From Piedraia hortae CBS 480.64 (taxonomy: Eukaryota): 64,000 nt of DNA. Positions 33,101-44,301 of the stretch are shown in pieces (position 1 is the stretch's first letter; every line of letters begins with the position of its first letter). Location of the stretch: positions 1 through 64,000 of the forward strand of contig MU005990.1 of assembly GCA_010093745.1 (NCBI GenBank). Direction: 5' to 3'. Below the pieces are notes generated by a model that saw only the letters and a program-made list of their open reading frames with translations, made no database searches and was not told the DNA's origin. The position numbers were made by a program, and so were the translations under genes.

Positions 33101-33502
33101 TGGGTACGGGCATTCCTCAGCTTCACACTGAGGGGGAAGCGGTGAGCGAGACGGGCGGGGAAGGGTAATTCAAACAAGGCTGAATACAAGGCCGAGACCG
33201 GTCTGAATCACGATGCGGAGCTGAAGAGCCCTGTCTCACGTTGGGATCGGCCAAGTCTATCGGGAACCTAAGGGCTGTTCCTAGAGAGAGGCCGCTCTGG
33301 AACAGCGGCTTTCAGATGCATCGTTGGCCAACCCACAACGGCGTGAATCTTTTCTCTGGCGGGGCTGACGTTTATAGGTGCACTGCACCCCCTGAGTCTA
33401 ATGTTGTGTCACAGGGCTCAAACCTTTCACAGGGGGGGGGGGGGGATGTCTCAATGACGATAGTATATCATTGGGGGAAAACGTTTACAAGGCTACAGAA
33501 CA

Positions 33503-34438
33503 TCACCTCTTACTTTGAGGCTCCTCTTCCGCTCCATCTTCATCTCTTCCTCTCTTCAACCCCTTCATCTTCCTCGTTTGCATCTGGTTGATATTCTGCT
33601 GACCCATGTGTATTCTTCCGACCTTATCACCCATGATATCCATCCCGATATTCTTCTTCGTCTTCATCTCGCTCGTCTTCGGCTTCCGCATCGCTTCCTT
33701 CCACGTCTCGGGATCCGCAGCCTTGCTCCTGCCCACGCGGAAATCAATCCTCGGTCCAATCTCCTCGACTTCGACCTTGGGGAGACTCGTGCCGGATTTC
33801 TTAGTTTTGAGGAGATAGCACCGCATGTGAATCATAGGCTTGACCTCCTCATCCGCGACCTCGTCCACGGAGAAGTGGATGAGAAACCTAAGGCCCTCGA
33901 CATTCACGCTATCCACATCCGGGCCCTTGAAAAGATCCGTTAGCAAGCTTTTAGCAAGAGTGTATGCATTAGCGGTCGGGCTGTCAAACGCCGAGCCGGA
34001 GAAACCCAGCAACGGCTTCGAACCGGCCTTTGGCTTTGTATTCTTAAACTGGCTCAACGTGCGCATAGTCTCGGGGTCGACTAACAGCTCAAGCATATCC
34101 ATAACTTTGTAGTCGAAGAAACGAATCAGCGTTAGACAGTGCGGTCGCTTCTTGCTATGGCTGCCAAACACGGCCAACGAAGCATCGTTCTTCTCGCTGA
34201 AAAACTCGAGTGAGCTTTCGCTCTCAAACGGGTGAATGTCATTCTTCTTGCTGAACCTCACTGCGAGAGGTTTCTTAATGTTGTAGAGGTCGGTTAGGAC
34301 CAGCTGTAGGATCTGAGAGCATGTCGTGTATCGGAGGAAGAGGGTTGTGCGCGGGTTCTCGTTCAGCTGCGGCGCTTTGTTGTCCAGATAGCGCTTTGTG
34401 CGCGCATTCTTGGGATGGATCTTTTGCAAAGGTAACAT
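33503..34438 (-). CDS. RPF2: Ribosome biogenesis Brix-domain protein Rpf2
   Basis: KKNDIHPFE, FGSHSKKRPHCL, EVEEIGPRIDF, DIMGDKVGRIHMGQQ...QTRKMKGLK. Confidence 0.96.
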   Translation of the reverse strand: MLPLQKIHPKNARTKRYLDNKAPQLNENPRTTLFLRYTTCSQILQLVLTDLYNIKKPLAVRFSKKNDIHPFESESSLEFFSEKNDASLAVFGSHSKKRPHCLTLIRFFDYKVMDMLELLVDPETMRTLSQFKNTKPKAGSKPLLGFSGSAFDSPTANAYTLAKSLLTDLFKGPDVDSVNVEGLRFLIHFSVDEVADEEVKPMIHMRCYLLKTKKSGTSLPKVEVEEIGPRIDFRVGRSKAADPETWKEAMRKPKTSEMKTKKNIGMDIMGDKVGRIHMGQQNINQMQTRKMKGLKRGRDEDGAEEEPQSKR

Positions 34439-34587
34439 GGTTCTTGGCGTGGTTGAATTGAACTAAAAATTTCTGGAGCTGCGGGTGTGATTAGTCAGCA
34501 CATTTCCCCACACCCCGCCCCCCACCAAGCCCCCACTTCGAGTCAGAATTACACCAACCGACAAAGATTTTTCCAAGACGAGAAGAT

Positions 34588-35520
34588 ATGGTTACAGAAA
34601 ACAGTACCCACGAGGATCAGGCAAAATGCAAGCTGGTACCTGTGCCTGATGAGGCGGAATTCTCGAAAACAATCGCGGCACTTCCAACGGCATGTCTTGC
34701 GGTTATATACTTCCACGCCCCGTGGGCGGAGCCCTGTAAAAGCATGAGCACCATCCTGACGGCCTTGGCATCGACCTATCCGGCTACAGAGCCACCCAAG
34801 ACGGTTTTCCTCAGCCTGGATGCGGAAGAAATCCCGGATGTGAGCGAACAATACAACGTAACTCAGGTGCCGCTTGTTGTGCTGCAAAAGGATGGCAAAG
34901 TTCTGGATTCAATCTCGGGTACCGATGCGGGTAAAGTGCGAGACGCGGTGGAGAAGCATGCGGGTGACTCGAATGCTGCTTCTTCGGGCTTGGCTGCTCT
35001 CCCACCAGTGCAAAAGGTCACGAGGTCTGAAGAAGCGATGCATGGTAGACCGGGAAGCCTTGACGAACCTGCGCAGAGTCAACCTGCGAGCAAGGAAACT
35101 GCTCAGCCACAAAAGGCGGCAGCGACTAAGGAGGAGCTTGACGCTCGTCTGAGCGAACTGGTAAAGGCGGCTCCAGTCATGCTGTTTATGAAAGGAACGC
35201 CTTCGGCCCCCCAGTGCGGTTTCAGCAGACAGACGGTCAGCATACTGCGGGAGAAGGGCGTCAGATATGGCTTCTTCAACATCCTTGCAGACGACGAGGT
35301 GCGGCAGGGACTCAAAGAATTCAGCGATTGGCCCACCTTTCCGCAAATCTATGTGGGTGGTGAGCTGGTTGGTGGGCTGGATATTGTAAGTGCGCTTTGC
35401 AGTCAAGAGGGGCAGTCGAAAGGGCTAACTGGGAGACAGCTCAAGGAGGAGTTTGAGAACGATCCCGACTTTCTCAAAGACTACTCTGTGCATGCGGAAG
35501 GGCAGACACAGACGACTTGA
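34588..35520 (+). CDS. GRX4: Monothiol glutaredoxin Grx3/4 (Trx-like + Grx domains)
   Basis: WAEPC, MKGTPSAPQCGFS, SDWPTFPQ, GGLDI. Intron 35386-35439 (GTAAGT...GCTAAC...CAG). Confidence 0.95.
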   Translation: MVTENSTHEDQAKCKLVPVPDEAEFSKTIAALPTACLAVIYFHAPWAEPCKSMSTILTALASTYPATEPPKTVFLSLDAEEIPDVSEQYNVTQVPLVVLQKDGKVLDSISGTDAGKVRDAVEKHAGDSNAASSGLAALPPVQKVTRSEEAMHGRPGSLDEPAQSQPASKETAQPQKAAATKEELDARLSELVKAAPVMLFMKGTPSAPQCGFSRQTVSILREKGVRYGFFNILADDEVRQGLKEFSDWPTFPQIYVGGELVGGLDIVSALCSQEGQSKGLTGRQLKEEFENDPDFLKDYSVHAEGQTQTT

Positions 35521-35824
35521 CGAGCTATGGAAATGTGCAGGCGTAGACGGGATGAAAGGTGGTGTACGCTAGATAGAACGCTAGGAAGCAAGGGTGGCGC
35601 GGGGCGTGACGGGGGCGTGACGGGAGCCGTTGAGGGTTTCAGCACGCCATCCCTTTGCAGCCCGGCTTACTCATCCCATTGCGTCGCGGCGTAGCGGAAA
35701 AGTGGCTTATACACACAAGGCAACGTCTTCCCATCGCCGCCGTCCATCGCGCACCGTCCATGCCCCAGTCGTAAGCGCGCGCACAGCCTCGCGCGGTAGA
35801 GAGCTGACGGTTGACGACGACACC

Positions 35825-37341
35825 ATGTCGCTCGACCGGTCGCCGTCCCGGAGCCACAGCGGCGGGTGGAGCTCGCCGGGGCTGACAGAAGACTCGGGGT
35901 GCAAGAGCTACGGTCAGCTGGATGTGACGTGGGCAGGTGTCAAGGACGGGAAGAGAAAAGCGTATCCCCGCTATCAGACCCGCAACGAAGGCTTCTTTTC
36001 CCGACACTATAGGCGCATATCTGAGGGTTTGCTGCAGTTTGTGCACGGCATGTCCGACGGCAACTCAAAGGACCGACGCCGGCCGACCGCTGGCCGCCTC
36101 AAGGGTCTTCCAAGACGTATAGCCTTGCTGCTGTCGCGGAGGCGGAGATATACCGCCCTCGCGCTCGTCCTGCTCCTGGTAGTCTTCTTGTGGTTCCAAC
36201 AGCGTGAGTGACTCTGACGTCGAGTCTGGCCGAGACTGACTTGAGCTAGCCCTCGCGCACTGGCTCCACAGAGCATCGCTACTCGGCGGTGGCAGCAAGT
36301 TTGTCATCATCCTGGGCGCCAACCAGGGCGGCGGCGTCATGGAGTGGAAAGGAGCGCGGGAATGGGCGATTGAACGGGACAGCGTCAGGAACAAAAAGGC
36401 ATATGCCGCTGCTTGGGGCTACGAGCTGGAGATTGTCGACATGAGCACAAAGAAGCGGTATGCGCACGAGTGGAGAGAAAGCTGGGAAAAGGTTGACGTT
36501 ATCCGCAACTCTATGAAGAAGTACCCAAAGGCAGAGTGGTATGTCTTTTGCTGTCCAGGCCTTGGACAACGCTGACTAGGGCAGGTTCTGGTGGCTTGAT
36601 CTAAACACGTTTATCATGGAGCCCCGATACTCGCTGCAAAAGCACATCTTTAACAATCTTGCACGGAACACATATCGAGACATCAACCTGTACAACCCGC
36701 TGAAGATTCAGCATCCGCCCAACGGCACTTCTGGCGACCCAAATGCGCCGCTCTACGCAAACTACCTTGATGACGACACACTGTCGCCTGTTGGTGATAA
36801 CAATCCCGCCAGCATCAACCTCATCGTCCCGCAGGACTGCAGCGGTTTCAATCTCGGCAGCTTCTTTGTGCGGAGATCAGCGTGGACAGACCGCATCCTC
36901 GATATCTGGTGGGATCCGGTCTTTTACGAGCAAAAGCACATGGAGTGGGAGCACAAGGAGCAGGATGCCTTGGAGTACATTTACTCCAACCAGCCCTGGA
37001 TCCGGCCGCACGTGGCCTTTATCGCCCAGCGGTTAGTCAATGCCTTCCCGCCAGGTGCCTGCGGAGACGACAAGGGCCTCCCTCCAAACGGCTGCGATCA
37101 TCTCAAAGAGGGCGACGAGATGCGCGAGTGCGGGATCCAGGGGATTCACTACCAGCAGAGCGAACGTGACTTTCTAGTCAACATGGCTGGCTGCGAATGG
37201 GGCCGCGACTGCTGGGGCGAGATGTACAATTTCCGCACTCTCTCCAACAAACTCAACCGCAATCGCTGGGAAAGGTTCAAAGACTGGATAAGCGAAAGCC
37301 GCAAAAAAGTCGCAAAGAAAGAAGACAAGAAACAGTCGTGA
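35825..37341 (+). CDS. MNN10: GT34 alpha-1,6-mannosyltransferase (Mnn10-like)
   Basis: Type II TM segment, KKRYAHEWRESWEKVD, W|FWWLDLNTFIME, QDCSGFNLGSF, EHKEQDALE, NMAGCEWGRDCW. Introns 36204-36249 and 36539-36584. Confidence 0.93.
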
Positions 37342-37470
37342 AAGTCTGTGTGAGTAGCGTAGCAGCGGTTAACCAGGCCTTATCATTCGGGGAGGGATTT
37401 CATTGTGCATTGTTCATCGACTGGTATATTTGTATAGATATTGCTATTGCAAAAGTCTTTTTTTTTTTTT

Positions 37471-37480
37471 NNNNNNNNNN
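37471..37480. other. Assembly gap (10 N)
   Basis: nnnnnnnnnn following a T run. Confidence 1.
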
Positions 37481-38113
37481 TCTCTGTTCATCCCTCTTTC
37501 CATCCCACTTTTCCTCCTTGCTCCCCTGTTCATCTCTCTCCCCCTCCATTCGTCCTACCCTCTCAACAACCCCAAAATCCTCATACCCCCTCCCCTCCAG
37601 CCCATTAGTTTCCAGCCCATTAACTCACCCCTCAAAACAGCAATCTTCCCATCAACTCCTCTACCAAACACTTCTTCTCCACTTTCCCACCGCACACGCC
37701 TCAATACATCTAAACCTCCGAGCAAGACATACCAGCTCGCGACGCAACACGCGCCCATCATCAAGAGCACGTAGAACCCTGCTTGGGAAGGCTTTCTTCC
37801 CGTCGTTGTCGCGGCCGATGCGGAGGAGGAGGCGGTGTGGGTGGGGGTGGGCGGGGAAGGGAGGGGAGGGTGGAAAGGGGAGGGTAAGGATGGGTGAGGT
37901 GTAGCCGATGGAGGGGATTGTGATGGAGGGGTTGGTAGGGGATATTGATGTTTTGAGAGAGGGGAGGGGAGGTTGAGCTAGCTTGTTTGGGCACGGTAGG
38001 GTGTTTTTGGAGGAGTCTACACATGCTAGCGTGTTTGGGGTAAGAGGCAGACGGGACGACGATAGGAATGGAGAGAGTGTGTGTGAGAACAAATTTCCGA
38101 GAACGATTAAACA

Positions 38114-40234
38114 ATGGTCTCCCAGAAACGAACCCCCAGCAGCGCTAAAAAACCGTCAAAGAATATGAGCATCCTCAGCTTTTTCAAAAAAGCGGCCGAT
38201 GAGACGCTCTTTGTGGATAGTGGTGCGACGGATCCTCTTGTCAATCTCGACGAGGATAGATTCAATGAGGCTCCCTCCTCTGTCAAGAAGAGGAAATTGA
38301 GCGATGATGTTACGCCTGTTAGAGTGTCTGCTACCGCGGCTAGGCAAGGACCGTTTATCATCGACTCGGACAGTGATGACGATCAGCAGCGTGTTGGACA
38401 GGAGGATAGAGATAATGCCATGGATCGCTTCCTGGAGCGCTTCCAAGACGATGAGGAGTTTGAGGAAGATGTTTTTGAGGAGGGCGATGAGTACCGCGAG
38501 CGGAGGTTCATGGAGGAGCAGGCACGGGAGGATTGTCAGGTGAAGGGTATTGAATGTCCGATTTGTGCTAAGGATATGTTGGGCTTGGGAGAGGAGGAGG
38601 TTGCGGTGCATGTTAATCGATGCTTGGATGGGGAGCCGCTGCCTGCTAAAGAGGTTGTCATTGGGGCTGAGGGTGCGGGTGAGATCAAGAAGATTCCCAA
38701 GCCTGGACAAGCGAATCCGATTACGCTTGGGGAGGGGTCAAAGAAAGGCTCTGCGTTCAACAGACTCATGTCCGGTCATGCCGAGAGCGCAGCGTGGGCT
38801 GAAGCCGCTTCTTCTGAGATCGCTTCGCGAGGAAAGCCGGCGTATCAACGGACATGTCCTTTTTATAAGATCTTACCGGGATTTTCGATCTGCGTCGATG
38901 CTTTTCGATACGGTGCTGTTGCTGATTGTCAGGCGTATTTTCTCAGCCACTTCCACAGCGATCATTACATTGGTTTGTCGAGCAGCTGGACCCACGGACC
39001 GATTTATTGCTCAAAGGTAACTGCAAATCTTGTGAAACAGCAGCTTCGTGTGGACCCCCAGTACGTTGTCCCTCTGGAATTTGAGGTCCAAGTTGAAGTA
39101 CCCGGCACGAATGGCGTCAAGGTTACAATGATTCCCGCCAACCATTGTCCCGGCAGCTCGTTGTTCCTTTTCGAAAAGACTACTCATGGTAGTTTGAAGA
39201 GGGTCCTACACTGTGGAGACTTTCGTGCCTGCAGAATGCACGTTGAACATCCCCTGCTTATGCCCGATGTACGATGCAAGATTACGGGAAAGACAAAGGA
39301 ACAGAAAATCGACGTCTGCTATCTGGATACCACCTACCTCAATCCAAAATACGCATTCCCAAGCCAGACGGAGGTGATTGACGCTTGTGCGGATATATGT
39401 GTTCGCTTCAGCAAGCACAGTGTAGACGATAGCGATGGCTGGAAGACCGTGAACCGACAGCGCGCAGGCGAGAGTATGGCTAATTTCGTGCGCACGTCGC
39501 ATCAGAACGTCGAAGAGGCTGATGATGGAGAAGAAATCAAACTCCAGAAGAGTCCCTACGCTGATCAAAAAATACTCAAGACTAAGCAAACTCCAAAGGT
39601 CGAAAGCGGATGTGGAAGGCTACTCGTCGTGGTGGGAACGTATAGCATCGGAAAAGAACGCATCTGTCTCGGAATAGCGAAAGCCCTGAACTCCAAAATC
39701 TACGCACCAGCTGCGAAACGCCGCATCGTGGCTGCGCTGGAAGATCCGGAGCTTGATGAGCGAATGACCAGCGATCCAAGATCTGCTCAGGTACATATGA
39801 CTCCGCTGTTTGATATTCGAGCTGAGACTCTGGATGATTACCTACGGGAGCATTACCCCCATTTTACACGAGCTGTGGGGTTTCGTCCGAGTGGGTGGAA
39901 TTATAGACCACCTGGTTCTCGCTTCTTGGATGCCCCCGCGGTACAGACGGTTCTAAATGGGGATAATTGGAAATCTACCTACAAAGCTGCCAATATGGTA
40001 CCCCAGCGCGGAAGCACGGGCCGCACGAGTTGCTTCGGTGTGCCGTACTCCGAACACAGCAGTTTTCGTGAATTGACCATGTTTTGCTGCGCGTTGAGGA
40101 TTGACAAGGTCATTCCGACTGTCAATGTGGGTAGTGCTAAGAGTAGGGAGCGCATGAAAACTTGGTGCGAGCGGTGGACAGCCGAGAAGAAGAAAAATGG
40201 GTTGTGGAAGCTGCCTGCGGACGAGGTCTGGTAG
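38114..40234 (+). CDS. PSO2: DNA cross-link repair nuclease Pso2/Snm1 (UBZ + metallo-beta-lactamase/beta-CASP)
   Basis: UBZ CPIC...HVNRC, FLSHFHSDHY, ANHCPGS, HCGDFR, YLDTTY, VPYSEHSSF, IPTVN. Confidence 0.95.
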   Translation: MVSQKRTPSSAKKPSKNMSILSFFKKAADETLFVDSGATDPLVNLDEDRFNEAPSSVKKRKLSDDVTPVRVSATAARQGPFIIDSDSDDDQQRVGQEDRDNAMDRFLERFQDDEEFEEDVFEEGDEYRERRFMEEQAREDCQVKGIECPICAKDMLGLGEEEVAVHVNRCLDGEPLPAKEVVIGAEGAGEIKKIPKPGQANPITLGEGSKKGSAFNRLMSGHAESAAWAEAASSEIASRGKPAYQRTCPFYKILPGFSICVDAFRYGAVADCQAYFLSHFHSDHYIGLSSSWTHGPIYCSKVTANLVKQQLRVDPQYVVPLEFEVQVEVPGTNGVKVTMIPANHCPGSSLFLFEKTTHGSLKRVLHCGDFRACRMHVEHPLLMPDVRCKITGKTKEQKIDVCYLDTTYLNPKYAFPSQTEVIDACADICVRFSKHSVDDSDGWKTVNRQRAGESMANFVRTSHQNVEEADDGEEIKLQKSPYADQKILKTKQTPKVESGCGRLLVVVGTYSIGKERICLGIAKALNSKIYAPAAKRRIVAALEDPELDERMTSDPRSAQVHMTPLFDIRAETLDDYLREHYPHFTRAVGFRPSGWNYRPPGSRFLDAPAVQTVLNGDNWKSTYKAANMVPQRGSTGRTSCFGVPYSEHSSFRELTMFCCALRIDKVIPTVNVGSAKSRERMKTWCERWTAEKKKNGLWKLPADEVW

Positions 40235-40323
40235 ATGACTTTATGATGTATTCGACACATGCATGTGGCCATGAGGCGTTACAGTTTGATCCTGCACGGC
40301 ACCTGCCTGCCCTATGCTGCACG

Positions 40324-40445
40324 TCCGGTGAGCCACACACGCAACTGGGGCTGGGCGGTATGCCTCATGCAATTAGAGGTAGGCGGTGTGCCACACGCGC
40401 ACTTGAAATTTGGGCGGTGTGCCACGCGCCCAACTAGGACGAGTG
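40324..40445. repeat. Degenerate ~30-bp tandem repeat (4 units, core CGGTG[T/A]GCCAC)
   Basis: Units at about 40325 (CCGGTGAGCCACACACGCAACT), 40354 (GGCGGTATGCCTCATGCAATT), 40382 (GGCGGTGTGCCACACGCGCACT) and 40413 (GGCGGTGTGCCACGCGCCCAACT). Confidence 0.6.
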
Positions 40446-40535
40446 GGGCCGCAGCCGCAAGTGGCTCAAGTCCAGCCTTCTTCGGACATTGGTTGGATCA
40501 ATTCAAAAAAGCGAGCAGTTCTCGGTCTTGCCAAC

Positions 40536-41123
40536 ATGGCCCCAGTGGTAACGTTGGAAACGTCCATGGGACCCGTTGTTCTCGAGCTGTACTCGAATGA
40601 AGCACCACGAACATGCCGCAACTTTGCTACACTTGCACGACTTGGTCACTACAACAACACGATCTTCCACCGTGTCATTCACGACTTTATGATTCAGGGC
40701 GGCGATCCAACGGGCACCGGTCAAGGAGGCATGTCAATCTACGGCGATCGTTTTGCCGATGAGATCGTTGACAGCCTCAAGCATACGGGCGCCGGGGTTC
40801 TCAGCATGGCTAATAGCGGACCCAATTCCAACTCCAGCCAATTCTTCATCACATTGGCCCCGACGCCGTGGCTGGATGGAAAACACACCATTTTTGGTCG
40901 AGTCATGGAGGGAATGAGAACAGTACAGCGAATGGGTCTAGTCAAGACGGGAGCAGATGATCGGCCGGTGAGTGAAGTGAGAATCATGAAGGCAAAGGTA
41001 GTGGGAGACATTCCAGAAGACAAAGAGCATGACCCAAAGCAGAGGCAAAAACAGCTGAAGGAGTCGTGGGACGTGAAAAGAGAGTTGAAGAGAGAGGAGA
41101 AGGTGAAGCAGGAGGAGGACTAA
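40536..41123 (+). CDS. Cyclophilin peptidyl-prolyl isomerase, PPIL1-like
   Basis: LETSMG, YNNTIFHRVIHDFMIQGGDPTGTG, LKHTGAGVLSMANSGP, TPWLDGKHTIFGRV, with a charged C-terminal extension. Confidence 0.94.
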   Translation: MAPVVTLETSMGPVVLELYSNEAPRTCRNFATLARLGHYNNTIFHRVIHDFMIQGGDPTGTGQGGMSIYGDRFADEIVDSLKHTGAGVLSMANSGPNSNSSQFFITLAPTPWLDGKHTIFGRVMEGMRTVQRMGLVKTGADDRPVSEVRIMKAKVVGDIPEDKEHDPKQRQKQLKESWDVKRELKREEKVKQEED

Positions 41124-41220
41124 CCATGCGGGGGTTTCCGTTTCTAAGGATAGAAACGCACTGACGTAGTGTATTTTCACATGTGGATTTTGGTTCTTCG
41201 CCTTCCCCCACTTTGCCAAC

Positions 41221-41248
41221 CACACACACACACACACACGCACACACA
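41221..41248. repeat. (CA)n microsatellite, one interruption
   Basis: cacacacacacacacacacgcacacaca just upstream of the eIF1A ATG. Confidence 0.9.
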
Positions 41249-41267
41249 ACATTGCGGAAAAGCCAAC

Positions 41268-41812
41268 ATGCCTAAGAACAAAGGAAAGGTGTGTATGAAG
41301 ACGTCAAAGATTAAGCGCATGCTGAGCGACGCAGGGAGGTAAAAACAGGCGGCGAGGAAAGAACGAAAACGATAATGAGAAGCGCGAACTCACTTTTAAG
41401 GAGGAGGGACAAGGTAAGCGGCTGCGACACCCTGGTTGAGTCTGCGCTAAGATGTCCAGAGTATGCCCAAGTCGTCAAGATGCTGGGTAACGGCCGCCTA
41501 GAGGCCATGTGCTTCGATGGCTCCAAACGGCTGGGTCACATTCGCGGCAAGCTGCGTAAAAAAGTCTGGATCAACCAAGGCGACATCATCCTCCTTTCTC
41601 TCCGCGACTACCAAGACGAAAAAGGCGACGTCATCCTTAAATACAGTGCGGATGAGGCCCGTTCGCTCAAGACATACGGCGAGTTGCCCGAGTCGGCCAA
41701 GATCAACGAGACGGATACCTATGGCGCCGAAGAAGAAGGTTTCCCTGGATTCGACTTTGGAGATGATGACGACAGCGGGAGCGGGGATGAACTGGATATT
41801 GACGAGATCTGA
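41268..41812 (+). CDS. TIF11: Translation initiation factor eIF1A
   Basis: Exons 41268-41288, 41335-41413 and 41460-41812 give [18 protein letters not shown]...[14 protein letters not shown]...[13 protein letters not shown]. Confidence 0.97.
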
Positions 41813-42024
41813 GCGATGGAACGAGGAACGATGGTAGATTACTTCACAGCCTCAGGCAGTCATGACTTTTTATACCCTGTTTTGCGCCGCAGCCTTTTTC
41901 TTCCATCTGCCGCCTTTACCCCGCTTGCGTCATCCATTACGTGACTTACCAAAACCACCCCTCTTTCGTAACGTTACGTCACTCAACACGACGACTTGCT
42001 CAGCCTGCGCCGTGGCGGGTTATC

Positions 42025-43973
42025 ATGCCCTCGATACTCTCTGATGAGGACAAGCAGACGGTCAAGCGCACCGTGCCCAAGGCCGGCAACAAGATCCACG
42101 CTGTAGCTGTCGCCAAGCTCTACGCTTCGGTCCCGTCACGGCCGCAATGGCGCGCGACCGGTCTGCAAGGCGCGGCCGTCCTGGCCAACGACCTCGTGGG
42201 CAACACGTTCTGGATCAAACTGGTCGACGTCAGCCCTGCGAACCGCGGCGTGATCTGGGATCAGGAGATCTATGAGAACTTCCAATACCACCAGGATCGC
42301 GTCTTCTTCCACAGCTTCGAAGGCGAAGACTGCATGTTTGGGCTGAGCTTTGCCGACGAGAAGGAGGCTAAGCTCTTCCGCAAGAAGATGGACGATCGCG
42401 AAAAGAACGCAAGCAAGGCCACGCGGGCCAGACCGTTTGCCGCTGGGCCAAACCAAGGCCAAGTGCCGGTCCAAAGCGTCGGCGGTGGACACCAAAGCAG
42501 GCTGGGAAGGCTGTTCGGTAGGCACACGAGTGATGCAGATCAACGGCCTGCAACCCAGAGCATTATACCTCCTCGACATGTAGAGACGGGCAGCGGCACG
42601 CCGACGCCAACGACGGACAGCCGGCCGGGCACTGCCAGTAGCGGCATTGACCTCAGCGACCCGGCCGTTCAGTCTGTTCTCCAAGATCTGCTGAAGATGG
42701 GCATTACAGAAGATCAGATCGAGGAGCATGCTGGATTTATCAAGAGCTATCTTGAGCAAAACAAGGCAACAGTAACTGCTGAGGCCGAGAGCAAGATGCG
42801 GGCTCCTCGTCCCCCTCCTCCTGCACCGCCAGCTCCGGCGGCCCCTGTTAGCCCACAGACGACGGGAGGCTCGGGAGGAGCCAGCAAGAGGGGTCCCCCG
42901 CCTGCTCCGCCACCATCTCGAAGACCGGTGCCCAGAGAAGCATCACCGAAGCCCCCGAAGTTCCGAGCGCCGCCTCCTTTGGCCGACGCTGGAAAGTTTG
43001 CCCATGAGGTCTCCCCTAAACCTGCCCAGCACGCGCCTCCACCTCCAGCTCGGCCACCAAAGGAGCCTCTGAATGCAAGCGTGAACGGCGCCAAATTTCC
43101 GGTACCTCCTCCATTTGAGGGCAATCGAATTTCGTCTGGGAATACGCAAACGCCTCCTAAGGTGGCTGCTCCTCCGCCTCCTCCGCGGGAATCTGCTCGT
43201 CTGCCGCCATCAAGAGACTCAATTCCTCTGCCACCATCAAGGGACTCGGCTCCTCCGCCTCCGCCAAGGGACGTGGCAAGCATTCCCACAGCCGCCCCTC
43301 CATTGCCGCCTCAAAGGGTACCGGCCACGCCAGAAGCTCCCCCACCACCACCGATACGATCCTCGGCTTCACGACCTGTGCCTCCTGCGCCGGCAACCAG
43401 TAACCATGCTGCACCCTACCCACCACCACCCCTACCTCCGTCATCCATAGCTCCTCCACCCCCGCCCATGCCTCAAAGTCATGCAGTCCCTCCAGCTCCT
43501 CCCATGCCACCTAGTAATGCAGCTCCACCTCCACCACCACCACCACCACCTCCTCCTCCTCCTCCTCCCATGTCGCCAAACGGCACAGCAATGCCTCCCC
43601 CTCCAATGCCGCCAGGAGGCTCAGCTCCTCCTCCCCCACCTATGCCCGCGGCCAGCTCTGCACCCCCAGTCGTTCCGCCTGGCCGCGATGGTCTATTGGC
43701 AGACATCCGGGGCGGTGCCAAGCTCAAAAAGGTTAGCGAATCGGAGAAGCGTGATCGCAGCGCAGCAATGGTACCGGGAAGCCAGTCCGCAGCACCTCCT
43801 GCAGCTTCCTCGTCTTCTGGAGCTGCCGCGCAGGGTGGCCTCGTAGGTGATCTCGCCAAAGCCCTGGAAGAGAGGAGAGATAAACTTTCACACTCCGGTG
43901 GGTTGTTCTATCTTGAAGGGCGAACATGGCTGACTATGGAACAGATGACGAGAAAGACGATGATGACTGGTAA
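42025..43973 (+). CDS. LAS17: WASP/Las17 actin nucleation-promoting factor
   Basis: WH1 (MPSILSDEDK...WDQEIY...FFHSF), long polyproline region, and WH2 (RDGLLADIRGGAKLKKV). Intron 43898-43944 yields the acidic end DDEKDDDDW*. Confidence 0.95.
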
Positions 43974-44301
43974 TTGTATGTTCTGGAAGAGCAGCATGCT
44001 TCGCGGCTAGACGTGGTGAAAAGCTACATTACATATCTACCATCTTTGTAGCAAGTCAGCCTGTGGTGACTACAAGTGTGCGCATTCATAGCGATTGATT
44101 TGGCAGTGGGCTGTAGTCAAAGGTAACTATGTTTCTATCGTGTGGTGCTTAGTATGTTTTGGACTAGTCAACGACCAATTCCCACCGTCCAACCCGTCCC
44201 AGAGGAGTTTGACGGATGGCGCCGTCTCAGGCCAAAAATGGAGCACCGTTAGTTGGACGTTATTTATCATCGGGCACCGTTTGCTGCGAAGATGGCCCCG
44301 G

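Noticed and set aside
40324..40445. CRISPR-like repeat-spacer array
   Set aside because: Eukaryotic context, degenerate repeats, spacers too short and no cas genes.
42747..43859. Gly-rich antisense ORFs, and similar antisense ORFs over other genes
   Set aside because: They are shadows of polyproline or codon-biased sense genes.
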